Of a stretch of DNA of 64,000 nucleotides, positions 61,528 to 64,000 are shown piece by piece. The stretch comes from Fimbriosthenelais zetlandica (lineage: Eukaryota), in NCBI GenBank assembly GCA_977030845.1, contig OZ365109.1, forward strand, positions 12,896,001 to 12,960,000, written 5' to 3'. The translations under genes and the position numbers were made by a program. The stretch's first letter is position 1; each line of letters begins with the position of its first letter. The notes under the pieces were generated by a model. That model was not told the DNA's origin. It was given only the letters and a program-made list of their open reading frames with translations, and did not search any database.

Positions 61528-64000
61528 ACTTAAAACCATGCCTGCAGTTGTGAACAGTTAGTCTTCTCTGAGGTGGAAATTCTCACACGAGAGACTTGCC
61601 ATAATCCCTTAGCACCATACAAAAACACTATGTCAATCAAAGTAGATCAGGAAGTTGCCACTATATATGAGTATTTTCCACGGCACTTGTTGGCCAATTC
61701 AGGCACACACTTGTCTCTAGTTCTGATGTGTCCATCTTGTATTGTTGGAGGGATGAGCCCGAGGCAGCACCGGCCACCGCTCTCTATCTCGTCTCTGTTA
61801 TAGAGCTGACCTATGGTCAGTTCTGGCCGGAGGCTGGTCTCTACAACAGAGGACATCCTACCCTCAATACATTCCATTTATCTTCCAGCAGAGAAAAAGC
61901 CGGGTCAAGAATTCTGACCTTTTCTCGGGGATGTTTTTCATCGACTATCCAGGGCCGGAAAAATAACAAAAAAAAGACCTTGCCGGGGATGAAGCTCGAC
62001 CTACCAGTCATTTCCCAACGGTCATTACGGTCATAGGATTCCATAAATCCAACCTTAATGCCCTTAGAAAATGAATATGAACCTGACAATGGACAGCAAC
62101 TAATAGACAACTAATAGACATCCCCACATTATAAGCAAATGGGAAAGTTTTACTACCAAATTTTGCACCTAATCCTATCTACCCCTCCCATAGATTATAA
62201 TGCTCTACGACAGGACACACTACTGATTAAGCTAGTGTGTTGTGTTACTTTTTTTTCTTCTCCAATAGTCTTATGATGGTGAGGCTAGTCGGGTCCCAGC
62301 AGGGCAAATCCAGGTAAATTATCACCCTTCTCGGGGAACCTGTGGAGTCTGGGGCAGGCGTGATCGGAGCTGGTCACCACTAATTGCAGAGGCCACCCCA
62401 GAACCCCAAGAGGGGAATTTTCCTGGCTCGAGGGCATGTCAAAACCTTGAGACATTATTCCTACCTCCCAATAGACAACTCCCATGGTTTTGGCCCGCGC
62501 TAGGAGCTTGTTTTCCTCGCACGACCATCCCATATAAATAAATACCCTCTGACAGTTATAGTCTGTCGGGTACCTCACTTTCCCACCTACCACTCATTAA
62601 AAACTTTCTAAACTTTTCTTTTAAGGCAAACGGATCCATAAATCCTCGGCCTCCCGGGAGGCCCTTGTGTGCCTAATTCCTTTCCAATCTCAGGAGAAAA
62701 TTAAACATTTAGATAATTGCGCACACTCGAGGAGGCACTTTATTGGTTCCGAGCAAGTTCAATCTGTCTGCATTGTTCTCACACTGCTTGACATCCACAA
62801 TATTTCATGCTGATTGTCACTGAGAGAAAGTCTTCATGTCCTCTTCGTTTATTCACCTGGCTTGATAGATAATCAAGCTTGGATCGGTGACAGTTGTCGT
62901 GCCATCCAGGGCTTGCCCATCACCTGCTACCCATCATCTCCCAGCCCCTTGACCACCATAAAATGACCATTGAATGACCAATACTAATTTCAGCTCCCCA
63001 GCAGCAGTAGAAAACGGTGGCAAAATTAAAACCTGAATAGGCCCGCGACAGTTAAAAACCTATACATCGTGATTTGCATGAAGCAGTGGTAATTGTTGAG
63101 AAGTTCTCACAAGCCCTAATATATACAGTTATTCTCTTGTGTACACGCAGCCTCTTCATATTATTTTGAATAACATGTCAATCACTGTGGAGGGTAAGGA
63201 AATGTCTCCTTTCTTTTATATTCAAACATCTTAACCCAACACGCGTGGTCACTGTTGTTAAAACATCTCCAAAACAAGGGATATGTCGTCAAGATGGACA
63301 GGCTGAATGGGTCGGAGTTCTATGCGAGTGTCCCTCGCTGAATGTGGGTTTTAGCCCACCTGCCCTCACTTCTGTCACATCCCTCTACATCTGCGATATG
63401 ACAGCTCAACCCCTCAACCCAAAGTAGCACCTGCCCCCAGCCAAAACCTCCACTTGTACACTTTTCCTTTGACACCTTGCCAATTCCATATGGAATTCCA
63501 TTGCAGGGAAACCAATAGATAAATACAGGTATTTACTAAGTGTCTGAATCGATTTATGACCACTAGTCATTGGTTTTAGAATTGATAATACATCGGAATG
63601 ACAAACACGGAAATGAATATTTTAGTCAGAATTGAGAATTTGTATAATTTTAGCCGTTATCCATGTATTATATGTGAGCATGTCTTCAATATAGGCATTA
63701 TTCATTATATGTGAGAATGTATTCAATACATGTAATGTATGACCATTGCTACGATCAAGAAGCTTCAGATCTGACCGTATGAACCCTTCTGGTAGTTAAC
63801 CAGAAGCCTATCTAGTCATTAGACCCAAACCCTACCGTATCATTATCGATAATTGTGATATGATAGACCTTTATTGAGCATAGCCTGATTACATATGGAA
63901 ACAATGAATGACATCCCTTATACTAGTCAATCGACACAAGTCGTGCCCTGAGATAGCCATCATGACATGTCCCATGTCATATCTGGTCACTTGAGATGAG

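Noticed and set aside
62097-62118. 11-bp tandem duplications (CAACTAATAGA here, TTTGTCGTAAA at 42260) and (AT)n runs at 25748 and 48099
   Set aside because: Real but ordinary slippage products with no further significance.

Overview
This is eukaryotic, AT-rich (roughly 38-40% GC by eye), essentially non-coding DNA. It has an animal-like motif vocabulary, but the taxon cannot be determined from the sequence. The only high-confidence genes are three intron-containing tRNA-Tyr(GTA) genes in the first 700 bp, each followed by a Pol III oligo-T terminator. The window starts inside this cluster, so more copies may lie to the left. The other ~63 kb has no ORF over 123 aa and no protein I can recognise as intact. 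It contains short tandem duplications, a degenerate ~90-bp minisatellite, two probable MITE remnants and a perfect 17-bp inverted repeat. It also has a few G-quadruplex motifs, two or three CpG-richer patches dense in housekeeping-promoter motifs with no visible gene, and scattered short 'ghost' peptide motifs resembling LINE and Ty3/Gypsy proteins. The most notable unexplained pattern is window-wide enrichment of TGACCA/TGGTCA, including four exact copies of the palindrome TGACCA-N-TGGTCA. I found no CRISPR array, rRNA, operon or convincing novel multi-gene system. All calls beyond the tRNAs and exact repeats are low to moderate confidence.
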